The notes below the pieces were generated by a model that made no database searches, was not told the DNA's origin, and saw nothing but the letters and a program-made list of their open reading frames with translations. DNA of 64,000 nt. Source: Chiloscyllium plagiosum. Lineage: Eukaryota. Shown piece by piece: positions 36,997 through 52,737 of the stretch (position 1 is its first letter; each line of letters starts with the position of its first letter). The DNA lies in NCBI RefSeq assembly GCF_004010195.1, contig NC_057719.1, positions 26,064,231-26,128,230 on the forward strand, given 5' to 3'. Made by a program: the position numbers and the translations under genes.

Positions 36997-39932
36997 TTTA
37001 AAAGTGTTAACCTTTAAGCCATGTTCTGTCTGCCTGCAAAGTTTCAAGTCCTTGCCCACTGGCTATGGAAAAAGTTGCATACACAGAAATCAGTTGATGT
37101 GCTTTAATATCTGTTTCATAACTTATGATATGTTTTATTGCTTTAAATAAACTAACCCGCAGAGATAATCAATCCCTGAGATGGGTGTTTGATTAGCAAA
37201 TCATTATTATTAACATGACATGGTAGCAGCAATGGGATACCATCATGATGATGTCTATAAGCCTTAAACAGTTAGCAAGCAAATTAATCTACAGTGCATG
37301 TTATAACCTTTGAAATCTTCCTTAGTGCATTGAAAAGTGTTTAAAACACAGCTTTTTGTAAAGCAGACAAATCACTATTGAGAGGTCATTTTAATTCACT
37401 TGATCAGCTGTATGTTGGATCAATAGCAAGCAAAGAAGGTCAAAGACACATTATCAGAATGTCTGCAAAATTCCCTTGTTTAAATTGGAATACAGCAGAC
37501 CTCCAAACAGTATTCAAAACATTTAAACAATATTCAGAGCTTTGGATTCCAAATGTTAGTGTGTCCAATATGGACAAACAGGCCAGTAAGATTTGAGGAA
37601 TGAAGGCCTACATAGACATTACACATCAGATTATTTTCTGAGGAGCTGAAAGATCACCAAAAGGTAAAATCAGAACAGTAATTCAAAGTCAGATTAAACT
37701 TCTGTATTCGTCATCGAGAATTAGACAGAAACCTGCAGAATCTGACAATCACTACATGAGAAGATTGCAGAGAAAAAGCTTTTCAAATGGGGAGCATTCA
37801 AATCCATAGAAGCTTTCCAGAAAGATTTGCTGGACAAACTAAAGACTAGCATTGAAGAGCTACTGAAGGATGAACAGAAGTACACAGTGATCCTCGCAGG
37901 TCAATGAAGCTTACAGGTCCTAAGTAGAAACTTGATGGTTAACACAATCAACGTTCCTCTAAGCTGTGCAATCACAAGACCAATTGGTGCATCAACACAT
38001 AGCTTTTGCTTGCCACACATGGATCTTGGAGGATCCCACAGCAGCAGAAAAAAATTAGAGGGATTGTTGAACACAATCACTAGAGCACAAAGGAAATTTC
38101 CAGCCTTAAATCAATCTAACAAAGCATGTTGCATAAAAGGCCATTGGAACAGTAAGTACATAAGAGTAAAAGTTTATCCTGCAATAAATATCTCTACACT
38201 GATCCCAACAGACTATACACAAAGAGTACCTTTAAGTTACAATAAGGACCACATGTTCTAGAGGTATATATGTGAAGTGATTGACAAACTTGTGTACATG
38301 ATGAGACTAAATGTGATAAGCCCATATTTCACACTGTGAATCTCATAGAAAACATCAATATCATCGCACCAAGTATATACAAAAATTCAAATTATTGTTA
38401 TGGAAACTGGTGATTATTTGTTATTATCTAAGACTGACACATGGTCAAGTACTAATATACTACTCTTATGAGTTCTAAAGAAATCATGTACCACAGACAT
38501 GGGATGAAACTTACAATTGTAAAATTTTCAGTAAAAAAACAGTTCACATAAAAAAAAATCAATATTACTGGACCGCAAGTACAATTAATCTGTTCCACAT
38601 TGTATACACTGCTGGACCAGCAATTGCAGGTACAAAAATATGCCTTGATCTTACGCAGTCAGAACCCCTGGAATCATTCAGACATTGGGAACTCAACAGA
38701 AATGGCAGCCCATTATCAATAAACAGTGGCTGAACTGAATATGAACAAATGGATCACTTCAGTTTCTTCTGAATTAATGGAACTAAAATCTCAGCTCTCA
38801 GCTGTGGAGAGAAAATAAGAGTTCTAGAGAAAAAGGCTGAGAAACCTTGCTATCCTGTAAAATAACATCTCTGAAATGATTAAGCCTTTAAGGTATATCA
38901 CCACTCAACTTACAAAGGTGGACAAGGAGCTGGAAGTAAAAGAAAAAAACAAAGGATGAACTACAAGCCCTGTAACATCGATCCAGTGAAAAGATTGCTG
39001 ATTTATTGGGTGATGTGAATTAAACTGCATGTAAAACAAGTTCAACAAGAACAGCCATAGAAAGGCTTTAGTTCAAGCAATTTTGGAGAAAGTGACAGAG
39101 TCAATGGGGAGATGCAAGGAGCTCCAATTCATTCATAAGACAGTCCTTTCAGAAATAAACATCAGTAATGATGCGCTGGTGAAAGATAGTGTCCAAGTAG
39201 GACAGTGAGACAACCAGTCAACATTTGGAAGAGATCCAGGCATCAAAGAAAGCAAAAGTGAAACAGACATAAAGAAGCTGGACAGTTACAGGAACAAGTA
39301 ATGAAATAACACGTATAATTGAGTTATGATATACAATTAGAAGAAGTCAGTGTATAAAACTAGAAGAGTCAAAATAAGCAGGAAATTCTTAAGGAACAAA
39401 ACAGTAACTGTCGAGATTTGAACCATTCAAAAAAGAGCTTCGAAAGAGAATTGAGATCAGTCAGTAGTTAATCTAGAGAAAAAAACTTTGCTACGCTGCA
39501 TCAGGATGCATTTTGCAACATCACCTACATTGCCTGAAGGAAAAACATTATAACACAAACCAGACTAACAGACAGTCTCACCAATGACTGTGGAAATCAA
39601 TGATACCTTCAGACAAAGTCATCCTAATGAGATCTGGATGTTTCAAAAATTAGCTATACATCATAGAGACTTACATGTTACGGGAAGTAGTTAAGCCTTA
39701 TTTTGGAAAGGAGGGGGATTTAAGACAATTAACCTTTAACGACTTAGTGCACTGTCTATATGTAATGCTGCATCTGCCTGCCACCTGATCTACAATGGGT
39801 TTGGAAGTTGCACACATAGAAATCAATTGGTTTGCTATAATATCTGTTTCATAACTTATAATCTGTCTTACTGTTTTAAATAAACTAACCTGATGTATTA
39901 TTAATTATTAGACAATTATCATTAATATGACA
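36997..39932 (+). mobile_element. Internally rearranged Gypsy (Mag-like) LTR retrotransposon with both LTRs
   Basis: LTRs ~36997-37220 and ~39719-39932 share aatatctgtttcataacttat and tttaaataaactaacc and end in tgaca. PBS tggtagcagcaatgggat (37221-37238) resembles the complement of a tRNA-Leu 3' end. PPT at 39705-39718. Gag-like LNWNTADLQTVFKTFKQYSELW, knuckle remnant KACCIKGHW, protease remnant KTDTWSSTNIL. Confidence 0.8.
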
Positions 39933-41389
39933 GTCAGTATTGCTTTTTTGCTAATCACCTTAAATTAATGCCTTCTATTTCTCAATCTTCCATCAACAGT
40001 TTCAGCATATCTATTCCATCTAGATTCCTCATGATTTTGAACACTTCTATCAAATCTCATCCTAATCTTCTCTTCTACAAAGAAACCGCCTAACTTCTCA
40101 TTGTTTTGTTTTACAGAGTGAAAGTCCCACACCTTTGGAAGCTCCCTCTTCTTATTCCCTCTCTAATGCCTTCGTGTTGTCCAAATATGGACACAGTAAT
40201 CTAGTTGAGACTGAACCAGTGTCTTATGCAGGCTTATCATAATTTCCTAGCTCTTGTATGCAATGCTCCTATTTATAATGTACAGTATGCTTTACTAACC
40301 TCTTTCTCAACCTATTCTGCCACTTTCAATTATTTGTGTATCCAGCCTCCTCTGTCCCTATATACTGTTTAGAACTGCACATTTATTTTACATTGTCTCT
40401 CTTTGTTCTTCAGACTAAAATGAATTACTTCACAATTCTTCACATTAAGTTCCATTACTTGACCATCCTTTCCACTCTGCTGCCTATGTCTTCTTCAAAT
40501 TTATCATGTCTTTCCATATTCCCATCCTCCACTGTATAAAATGCCTTTCTCATTTGTTTTAGTCAATCTTCCAGATCATGGACAGATTATGCTGCCTGAA
40601 ATGTTACGCCGCAATCAATTTGTCTCAGGAACACTGTTAAAGTAACAGCTGCTCTTTATAAAGCAAATTTTACATGGTATAGCAATAGATTTATCCTCCT
40701 CAATGTTACTGGTCTCATCATGAAAACCTTCAATGAGACAATGCATTACTTCATACAGTAGTAACGTTAGTGTTTGGTGAAATTGCAGAATGGACAATAT
40801 ATTGTTTGAATACCTCTCATGGTTCTTATTTCAACGAAGCAAATTACATTGAAAAGTTTGGGAAAAGTGTGAAATGAAGAGCCAAAGTAATCCCTATTAC
40901 ATAATTGATAATAAATGTAACTCCTTTTAAAGAGTGTTAGAAAACTGTAGAGGTTTTGGTAAGATGCTGGATATTAAATGACTAACAGATTTGGAAGCTA
41001 TAATGGGATCTACTGTAGATGTCCACTGAAGCTGAAATCAAATGGGCAAAATGGACTCTTTATCCATTTAGCACTCTTTACCTGTGGGGGTTTAATACAA
41101 TAAATTCTGTAAATGTATGAGAGATTGCATGTGGGATTGAACCTGCCTCTCAAGCAGATACCTTGTTTGCCAATTAATTTGGTTGCAGTGTGCGCCCAAT
41201 GTTAATCCCACCATTGATTGGCTTTACACCCCTGCAGACATCACAGTTGTGAATGGCTGACACTAATAAGAGCTAGCTGTGCTGCTTAAAACCAGATACT
41301 ATCTCCCCAAAGGCTAAGGGCACATATGAGGTCTGTTACAGGGAACTTAGATCAGCACTTCAGTGAGACATGCTATAGAAGAAGACAAT

Positions 41390-41479
41390 GTCGAGAGTGT
41401 GGTGCTGGAAAGGGACAGCAGGTCAGGCAGCATCCGAGGAGCAGGAGATTCGATGTTTCAGGCATAAGCCCTTCATCAC
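41390..41479 (-). mobile_element. Penelope-derived family A copy
   Basis: gagagtgtggtgctggaaagggacagcaggtcagg...ggcataagcccttcatca. Confidence 0.75.
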
Positions 41480-42349
41480 TTGCTCCTACAGAAGAAAACA
41501 GTTGGACATGCATACGAAATTCCTGATGCATTGGCATGCCTGTCAGAAAACCTACGTGCAAGATCAAAGAGTGTACAGGAGTCTGATGCCAATGTGGCAC
41601 AAGGCTTTGCAGTTTATCCTTTCCAGTTTGGATGTGCTGACCAATTTCATAAGAACAATGGGCAACCCAACTACAATCAATGTCAGGTAGCCAATGTCTC
41701 ATTTTCCTTGCAGCACAGACAGAAACTACCAACTGCATTGGTACTATAATGGAGTGGAAAACCTGGTTCTTGTAAGACAAGCCCACTTTGTTGTCATACA
41801 AGCTCAGACTACTGCCACCATAACTATGGACATCAATTATCCCAATGGCTTTCACTGTGTCCCAGTGGCTCAGAAATCTGGCCTCCAGCAGCTTACTCAG
41901 ATTTCTGAGGCCCTGTTGTGCATGACCTACTGTCCTGTCTCAGTGGGACACCATTACTCCTCCCAATGCTGCCCTGCCAAAGCCACTGCTTTGGCAATTA
42001 GCCCAGGCTTGCAGCCAAAATGGTGCAATCTGAATCTATACCTTCTCAAGCTAAGATGCTCACAGTTACCTTCTAAGTCAATCCCCAACTGAAAGTCCAC
42101 CATTCATGCTGCAATCGCTGAGATAGCATTTTGTTAGCACAATAGGGAAGATGTCAGAGAAAATGTCCTCAGTGAAGCATTAACATCTCATGTTGTGAGG
42201 TGGTGGTAGGACTGTTCCTCCTTGAACTCCTTGCATAGTTATGGCATTTTGCTGAGGGTCCTTCAGCTCCTTGTCCCCTTCTCTTTTGTAATGGTTTTCC
42301 CGACCAACTGTCACATCTTCCCATTTCCCTGGAACATTGGAATCGAATT

Positions 42350-44330
<1,981 letters not shown>

Positions 44331-45892
44331 TGTTCCAATAACTGCCTGCTGCCTTGGAGCAACTGGATTGTGCAAAATCCTCCATCACCTGCCTTTTTAC
44401 TTCTCGGAGACTTTTGCAACTATGAAGAGCTTTAGACAGCACTGAGCTTCATACATCAGCAATAACAGCCTGGAGAATGCAATCAGCAAACAACGTGCAA
44501 ATTACTTCTTTAAATAGAACCGTATTTTTGGGGGGTCGAAGGTGTTCTTCTTGCTGAAAAAAACATATGTTCAGCCATGCCTGATTAAGAGAAGGTGTGA
44601 GCTGGAAAAGTGAGCTCCAATTTGGTGCTGATGGCAACAAATCAACCTGAGGTGCTGATGAATGTCATGATGTGCTTGCTGTGTACAATTATGGCATGTG
44701 TGTTAATGTCCTCGCCAATGGTGGCGTAGGCATGACTCACACCAGAAGTGAGCACGCTTGCTGCAGATGCCATTCTGGACCTTTAAGGCACTTTTAAAAA
44801 ATGTTAATGAAGCGAATAGAAACTCACAACTTGAAGATTGAGGCGACAGACTGATTGGTTCATCTCAAGTATTCAAGACTTCGCAGTCATCATCCTTCTG
44901 TGCATATGTATCGATGCACAGTCGCTGTGATATTAGCAGATGGCATGCCGCAGCTTGTTATTCACGTGTTGCTGCATAAAATAAAAGTGATATAAATCTG
45001 GAGATGACAACAGATGACGTTATTCAGCAAGTATCTAACAGACTACCCTCATTACATTCTTGATTCAAAATGGAGAAATGAGCTGAGGTTATCATGACAA
45101 TCTTTGACATCACGGCCACATTTGACTGAGTGTGGCATCAAGACCAGCAAAACTGGAATCAATGGGTAGCAGGGACAAACTCTCTGATGTTTGGAGTCAG
45201 AGCTGGCACATAGGAAAAAGATTGAGGTGTTGGAGATCAGTCATCTCAGCTCCAAGACATCTCTGCAGGAACATAGGAACAGGGATAAGCCCCACAGCCC
45301 CTTAGCTTGTTTCACCATTCAATAAGACCATGGCTGACCTTTGACCTAACTCCATAGACCTGCCTTTTGCCCATATCCTTTAAAACGTTTGCTCAGCAAA
45401 AAGAAATTATCTACTTCATATTTAAAATTACCAACTGATCCACTTGATAATTTTGTGGAAAGGAGTTCAAAACATCCACCACTAGTTCTGCAAAGAAGTG
45501 CCATCCTAACATCTCTCCTGAACAGTCTGGTCCTAATTCCCAAATTATGCCCCCCATAATTCTTGAATCCCCAACCTGTGGAAACTGTTTATCTTTATCT
45601 ACCCTGTCTTTTCCTGTTAATGTTTTGAAGATTTTGATAAGATCACCCCTTAACCTTCACTCAACAAATGTGGCTGCAGATTGTTCCAGATGTTTTATCT
45701 TTTGGACTGCTGTGCCGAACTCTCCAATATGGAGAATGAGGATATTTGTGGAGCTGCCTCCTCCACTGAATCATTTAATTGTACAACACCATTCATGATT
45801 GAGTGTGCCAGGTCTCCAGAGTTCAGATTGGATCTGTTGGATGTGGGCTCGTTTAGGTCTGACTATCCCTTGCTAGAGTTCTGTTTCCACAA

Positions 45893-46210
45893 GCACTGAC
45901 TCTCACCAGGATATAGGCTGCACAGATACTAACTGTGAAAGGGATGCAGATTCCACGTACACTGATTTTCACTGGATTTCGCACTGTTTAACATTAGGAT
46001 TCCTATTTCACAGACACTTACACACTCACCAGGATATAGGTTCTGAACACACTGAATGAGGGATATTCCTGATTCCTGATGAAGGCCTTATGCTCAAAAC
46101 ATCGATTCCCCTGCTCCTTGGATGCTGCCTGACCTGCTGTGCTTTACCAGCACCACATTCACGACTCTGATTGAGGGATATGTCCCACATACACTGATTC
46201 TCACTGGGGT
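45893..46210. repeat. Degenerate ~32-bp minisatellite interrupted by family A insertion 46067-46171
   Basis: cacactga(c/t)tctcac..ggata units; TSD tgagggatat. Confidence 0.6.
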
Positions 46211-46274
46211 GCAATAGAATCTTGGATTTGGGGTCATAGTTGCAATAAATAGGCCATCAACACTTTGGCAGTTA

Positions 46275-46495
46275 TCTCAGAGAGTTGTGGATGCATGGAA
46301 TGGGTTGCCAGCGGTGGTGGTGGAAGCAGAGTCATTAGGGACATTTAAGCGACTGCTGGACATGCACATGGACAGCAGTGAGTAGAGGGGTGTGTAGGTG
46401 AGGTTATTTTATTTTAGGTTAGGAATAATCCTCGGCACAAAATCATGAGCCAAAGGGCCTGTTCTGTGTTGTACTTTTCTATGTTCGATGTTCCA
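46275..46495 (+). mobile_element. CR1 3' end (same subfamily as 58433-58860)
   Basis: ggacatttaagcgactgctggacatgcacatgga shared with the 58433-58860 copy. Confidence 0.8.
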
Positions 46496-47408
46496 TGATG
46501 TATTTAAGTTTACCCATAGTGCCATCGAAAAGTTATGCCATAAAAAGAGGCCATTTAGTCCAATGTGAATACACAGCAGATAGAAATTCAAGAAACAAAA
46601 GACTCAACATTGTACATTGGTTTTTAGATAGGAAAGGTATATGGCCTGTGAGAGTTAAGTGCGGTTTGCTGATCCTCTTTGTTTAATCATTTACATGGTT
46701 TGGGTGTCATTGACCAAGCCAGCAATGACTGTCCAGAGAGTAGTTAGGAATCAACCATCTTGCTGTGGATCCAGAGTCACATGCAAGCCAGACCAGGTAA
46801 GGATGGCAGTTTCCTTTCCTTAAAAGGGATTCACGAAGCAAATGAGTTTTCCTGGCAATCGATAATGGTTTTATTTCATCATTGGCCTCTTTATTTCAGA
46901 TTTGCCATTGAATTAAGATTCCACCATCTGCCATGGCAAGATTCAAAGCTGAGTTCCCAGAACAATCCTAGGTTTCTGGATTAATAATCTAGTGATAATA
47001 CCATTAGACCATCAACTTTTTATTGATCCTAGAGGATGGAGACACAGAACTACCTGATCTGTGCAACTGGTGCGGGTGTGGGATGATGGTCTTCCACTGG
47101 ATGTTGTCATCTTTCTTTTCTTTGTTCTCTTCTTTTCAGGAGGTTGCTGAGATGTCAGAATATCTCACTGTTGGTCTCACTCTCCTTCAGGCGAAGACTC
47201 CAATGGATACAAGACAAGAATCAATATGTCAGAATGGTCACCTCCCAATCCTTAGCTTGTGGTGAGTTCACATTTCACGAGGAACAGCTCCTAGCTCTGT
47301 CTAAACACTTGCAAAGATAAGAGGCTGAATAAGGTGCCATGCCAACACCTTGGAATGTCCACATTCGAGCCTGACTGCAGTGTTCCAGACACAACCAAGT
47401 ATTTATTA

Positions 47409-47713
47409 AATTAGATTCCCTACGGTGTGGAAACAGGCCCTTCGCCCCAACAAATCCACACTGATCCTCCGAAGGGAAACCCACCCAGACCCATTTCCCT
47501 CTAACTAAAGCACCTAACACTATAGGCAATTTAGAATGGCCAATTCACCTGACCTGCACATCTTTGGACTGTGGGAGAAAACCGGAGCACCCGGACGAAA
47601 CCCATGCAAACACAGGGAGAATGTGCAAACTCCACACAGACAGTCACCCAAGGCTGGAATCAAACCTGGGTCCCTGGTGCTGTGAGGCAGCAGTGCTAAC
47701 CACAGAGCCACCT
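47409..47713 (-). mobile_element. HE1 V-SINE, near full length
   Basis: Reverse complement of the 6573-6903 family. Confidence 0.9.
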
Positions 47714-48500
47714 TAGACTTTTCAGAGAAAGGGTATCAATGCTGTATCAGTCACTTCCATATCTTTGTCACCCATTTATAATGGGCTTCAATTTCTTACC
47801 ATAGCTCCCACAGACACTGATTCTTCCTGGGATATGGATTCCACAGGAAGAAGAGCCAAGACAGGAGATTGGTTGGGGCAGGAGTGGAGTCTATTATTCA
47901 GCCTCAATTCAGCAGCAAGGGCACCATACTTTGGGTCCTGGATCCAGCAGTTGGCCTGAGTTAGCAGTTCAGTGGGTATGAGATCTGGCAATAAACCTGA
48001 GTCAGTGATAAAGGAGGGGATGGAGATGTCCTTCATTTGGACATGGGGGTAAAGTTGGTCAAATCCTGGTAAGGGCAAGAATGGAGAGGAGGGGGAGATG
48101 GGTGAGTGAGAGCTAAGTGGGAATGTGAAGGGCAGCATGGTGAATGCGATTTGGGAAATATTAATTTTTGGTTTTCATGTTTAATGATTGCTTCTGATGC
48201 CTGACAATTTCTGATGTCTTTTGTTGGCAACTGATTTTTAAAAAATGGCAACTGAGTGTTTTGATGACTGAGAAATAACTCATTCCAAACTATACTTCCA
48301 AATGATGACTGATCCATTAGGGCACATTTGAAGACAAATGATGTCAATATTTTCAGACAAGAAATTTTCTGCTATTTTAAGGAGGCATTAAGCTAATTCT
48401 TTTTGTCTTAAAATTGCTTAATTCCTTAGTTAAAACGCTAAAGTATCATCACTCTTAAATATTCATTGTTTTTGTTTTACTGTCACATGTGTCACATCCA

Positions 48501-48623
48501 GGATCTGAGGAGCAGGAGAAATGTTGATTCTCCAACTCTTCGGATGCTGCCTGCATTGCTGTGCTTTTCCAGCACCACACTCTTGACTCTGAGTTCCAGC
48601 ATCTGCAGTCCTCACTTTCTCCT
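48501..48623. mobile_element. Penelope-derived family A copy with short inverted arm
   Basis: TSD atgtgtcacatcca at 48487-48500 and 48624-48637. Confidence 0.8.
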
Positions 48624-49299
48624 ATGTGTCACATCCAAACTATCAAACTCTCTTTACGAAGTGTTTTCCTGTCAAGAGTGGGCTTTTGCTGGCAGTTCTG
48701 TTTGTCAATATTGTATAAGTATCAAATAATTTATATGACAAGGCCAGATTATCATTAAACTAAATCCTTGCTTGTGGTGTACATTCATTAGGAATTAGAA
48801 ACGAACTCACCAGTATAAATGTCCGCATAAATGCAGTAATTATTTGTTTCACAGATGCAATTCCGAACTAGAACTGATTGTTTTCAATATCAAGTTTCAA
48901 ATCATCTACATTAGTCATTTGCATCAGTATTTCCTAAGCACCCAAATCAAATTGCAGCATTTTTTAAAAAAAGGCAATCACACACAGTGGAATAATTTAA
49001 TAATTTAATATTGCATCGGTTCAGAGGTTGGATCAGGGTGCAGGAAATGCTGTCAAAACAAATTTAACTCAGTTCATCCTAATCCAAACTGAAAGCATTC
49101 TCACAACCTGCCTGTATTAGGAGTTCAAGAATAGGAGCTGCAGAATTGAACAATTCTCTTAAATGTTTAATATTAATGTTGAAATTTCCACTGATGTTCC
49201 AACACCCAAAGTTTGTGTTTGAAAGAAGTTGATTTTTGTTCCTGACATAGATGCCGCACATGTTCATTTTGGTTTCCAATTGACAGGAGGACCTGTGTT

Positions 49300-50930
49300 A
49301 TTTTCATGGACCGATTACTGATTTGGATATCCAGGAGGATGGACAGTACTTACAGAAATCCTGCAGTCCCTTTGAGGAAAGGGAAAGCTGAAGAACCCAT
49401 TAACAATCAACTTTTATAATTAAACTGAGCATTGCCAAAGTCCGTTATATCTTGTTTCCTTTTCTTAAGATATTATTCATTGTATCATTTTGATGGTACA
49501 ATGTCATACCTCCATTGTATACATTCAACATTCAATGGGGAGCGGTGTTGGCAAACAACACTGGCAATGTTATGCAGCTGCATCTCTTATTGTAGGCTTC
49601 ATTCTTGGTATGCTGATTATATGTAACTTGCTGGTATCACTGTTGACATGGCATTGCCAGTTGGTGATACCAGTGATGTTGTCTTGTGATGTTGCTGATG
49701 TTGTTGAATTTCACTGCTCTCAGCTCAATTATAGGTCAGCTATGCACTCTGTTCTTTCGCATTTGCCTCCCAGTTTCAGCCTCAATGTGGGATGACCTTG
49801 GAGTTCTCTCACCAACAACTTGTGCTGGGTTCCAGCCAGATTTTGACAACTGGATCCTGTCTATGTAGTTTGTCCATGCAACAGCACAGGCATGCTTGGT
49901 GAAGTGCTGACCTGTACATCAGTGAGCTATTAGAGTCTAGATTAGAGTGGTGCTGGAAAAGCACACCAGGTCAGGCAGCATCCGAGGAGCAAGAAAATTG
50001 ACATTTCGGGCAAAAGCCCTTGGGTCCTGATGAAGGGCTTTTGCCTGAAACATCAATTTTACTGCTCCTCGGATGCTGTCTGACCTGCTGTGCTTTTCCA
50101 GCACCACTCTAATCTAGACTTTGATTTCCAGTATCTGCAGTCCACACTACTGCCCATCAGTGAGCTGTTGTCTTAGTTACTCCTGGAGGAAGTATCTGGT
50201 TTGGTAGAACTGTCTTAGACTTTCTCTCATTCATTTACGAAAAGACACGTGGATCCAATTGACAATCAGGTGAGATTTGAGTTTTCTTTCGTCTCTCAGT
50301 ACTTTGTGAGAGCAGTCTTGACCACCTGGACCTGACTTTCGATAAACCCATGTCTCCTTGTGTAATGACATTGAATTGATAATATTCAGAAAATTCTTTA
50401 AATTCTCTGGAGCAAATTGAGTTGTATACTAAGCTTCCAGGAATCCCATGCACAGCAAACAGAACCTACGGCTGAGATGATTGTTGTTGCTCTCAAACCT
50501 GTTACATTTCAGATAAAAAGGAAATGTGTAGTTGCCTGCAACTTTGTGACCTAAATCTTGATCGCATGTGAGAAAAATCTGCTTTTACAATATGCTATGG
50601 TCCAGGCAGGACATCAGGAGCTATCATCTCCTCTCTCTGCTGTGTATTTATGTACTTTTGGCATATGCTGCATGTAGCTGCTATTCTTTTGATGCCTATC
50701 CAGTACATAACCATTCCAGCTCTGAGCTTATACTTACCCCCTCCCATTTGGCCTTCATGTATCTCTGGAAAAGCTCCGTATATTGTATATGATTATTCCA
50801 GATCCAGTATCAGAGGACCATTTTCTGGTGAGATGCCATCACTGGTAGACCCCTATACTGTCATATTGTTGGGCTGTGTTTCCTGTACTTCAGGGCATCT
50901 CTGGACAACATGCTAAGAAAGAATTTATAA
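49300..50930 (-). mobile_element. Gypsy (Mag-like) integrase remnant with PPT and start of 3' LTR
   Basis: IHEGQMG..K.RA...YW.GI..CSICQ; FAVHGIP..SREFKEF; WNPAQVV..PRS...TGRQMRKNRVH; purine tract ~49450-49467 followed by tataac. Confidence 0.75.
49929..50154. mobile_element. Palindromic family A copy inserted in the Gypsy remnant
   Basis: Arms ~90 bp; TSD catcagtgagct at 49917-49928 and 50155-50166. Confidence 0.85.
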
Positions 50931-50961
50931 CACATTGGGCAGATTTTTTTCATTTTTGGAC

Positions 50962-52650
50962 TAGTCATAGAGTCATACAGCATGGAAACAGGTCCTTCGG
51001 CCCACTCATTCATGACAACCAGGTTTCCTAAACTGAGCCAGTCCCACTTACTTATGTTTGGCCTGTATCCCTCTAAACCTTTCCTATCCATGTACCTGCC
51101 CAAATGTCTTTTAAATGTTGTAATTGCATCCGCTTCTACCACTTCTTCTGGCAGTTTGTTCCATTTCCACCTTCTGTGTGTAAAAGTTGCCACTCAAGTC
51201 CCTTTTATATCTTTCCCCTCTCACCTTAAACCTATGCCCTCTAGTTTGAGATTCCCTTACTCTGGGGAAAGGACCTTGGTATTTCACCTCATGATCTTAT
51301 AACCCTCTATAAACTCATTCCTCAACCTCCTATCCTCTAGGGAAAAAAAGTTCAAGCCTACTCAGCCTAACCTTATAACTCAATTCTTCCAATTTCAGTG
51401 ACTTGCTTGTAAGTTTTTTTTATACCCTTTAGTGTTAATTATGATCTTTCCTGCAACAGGGCAACCAGAATTGTACGTAGTATTCCAAATGTGGCCTTTC
51501 CAATATCTGTAACATGACACCCCAATACCTGTACTCAATGCTCTGACCGATGAAGGCAAGTGTGCCAAACAGTTTCTTCACCACACTGTCTGCCTGTGAC
51601 ACCGCTTTCAAGGAACTATGCACCTGCTCCACTGGGTCTCTCTGTTTGATAACACTCCCCAGGGTCCTATCATTAACTGTGTCAGTCTTGCCCTTGTGTG
51701 TCTTACCAAAATGCAACTCCTTGTATTTATTTGAAGTAAACTCCATTTGCCACTCCTCAGCCCACTGATTCAGTCGATAAAGATTCTGTTGTATTCTTAT
51801 ATAATCTTCTTCACTGTTTACTATAACACTAATTTTGTTGTCATCCACAAACTTATTAACCATGCCTCCTACATTCTCATCCAAATCGTTTTTATAAATG
51901 TCAAAAAAACAGTGGACCTAGCATCGATCCTTGTGGCACACTTGTAATCACAGGCCTCGAGTCTGAAAAACAACCCTCTACCATCACCCTCTTTCTGCTA
52001 CCGTCGAGCCAATTTTGTATCCAATTGGCTAGTTCTCCCTGAAGACAACATCTACTGCTCTGCCTTCATCTATCTTTTTAGTCACCTCTTCAAAAACTCG
52101 ATCAAATTTGTGAGACATGATTTCCCAAGCACAAAAACCATGCTGTCTTCTCCAAATCAGTTCTTGCCTTTCCAAATGCATGTAGGTCCTGTCTCTCAGA
52201 ATCCTCTCTAACACCTTACCCACCACTGACATTAGATTCATGGTTCTGTAGTTCCCTGACTTTTCCTTGCAGCCTTTCTTAAATGATGCCAAACCATTAG
52301 ACACCCACCAGTCTTCCAGAACATCACCCATGGCTGTCAATGATACAAACATCTCTGCTAAGGGCCCTGAAATTTCTTCCTTATCTTCCAACAATGTCCT
52401 GGGATAAACTTAATCAGGCCTCAGGGATTTATCTATCTTTAAATGTTTTAAGACCTATAGGATCCTCTCTTCTGTAATGTAGATTCTTTTCAAGACATCA
52501 CTATTTATTTCCCCAAGTTCCCTAGCTTCAATGCCTTTCTCCATGGTAAAAAATTGTCAACAAACATTCATTTAGGATCTCACTCATCTCCTGTGGCTCC
52601 ACATGTAGACAACCATATTGATCTTTAAGGGGCCCTATTCTCGCTCAAGT
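50962..52650 (-). mobile_element. CR1 LINE ORF2 fragment
   Basis: KEKSGNYR..SVVGKVLE, KFVDDNKI, RPHLEYYVQFW; gactctat tail. Confidence 0.9.
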
Positions 52651-52737
52651 TTTCAAGGCATTTCATGGCATATATCGCGTGATGGCCCACAGTGACTATT
52701 CTCACGCTATCTTCTCTTCATTTCATTGATTACATAG

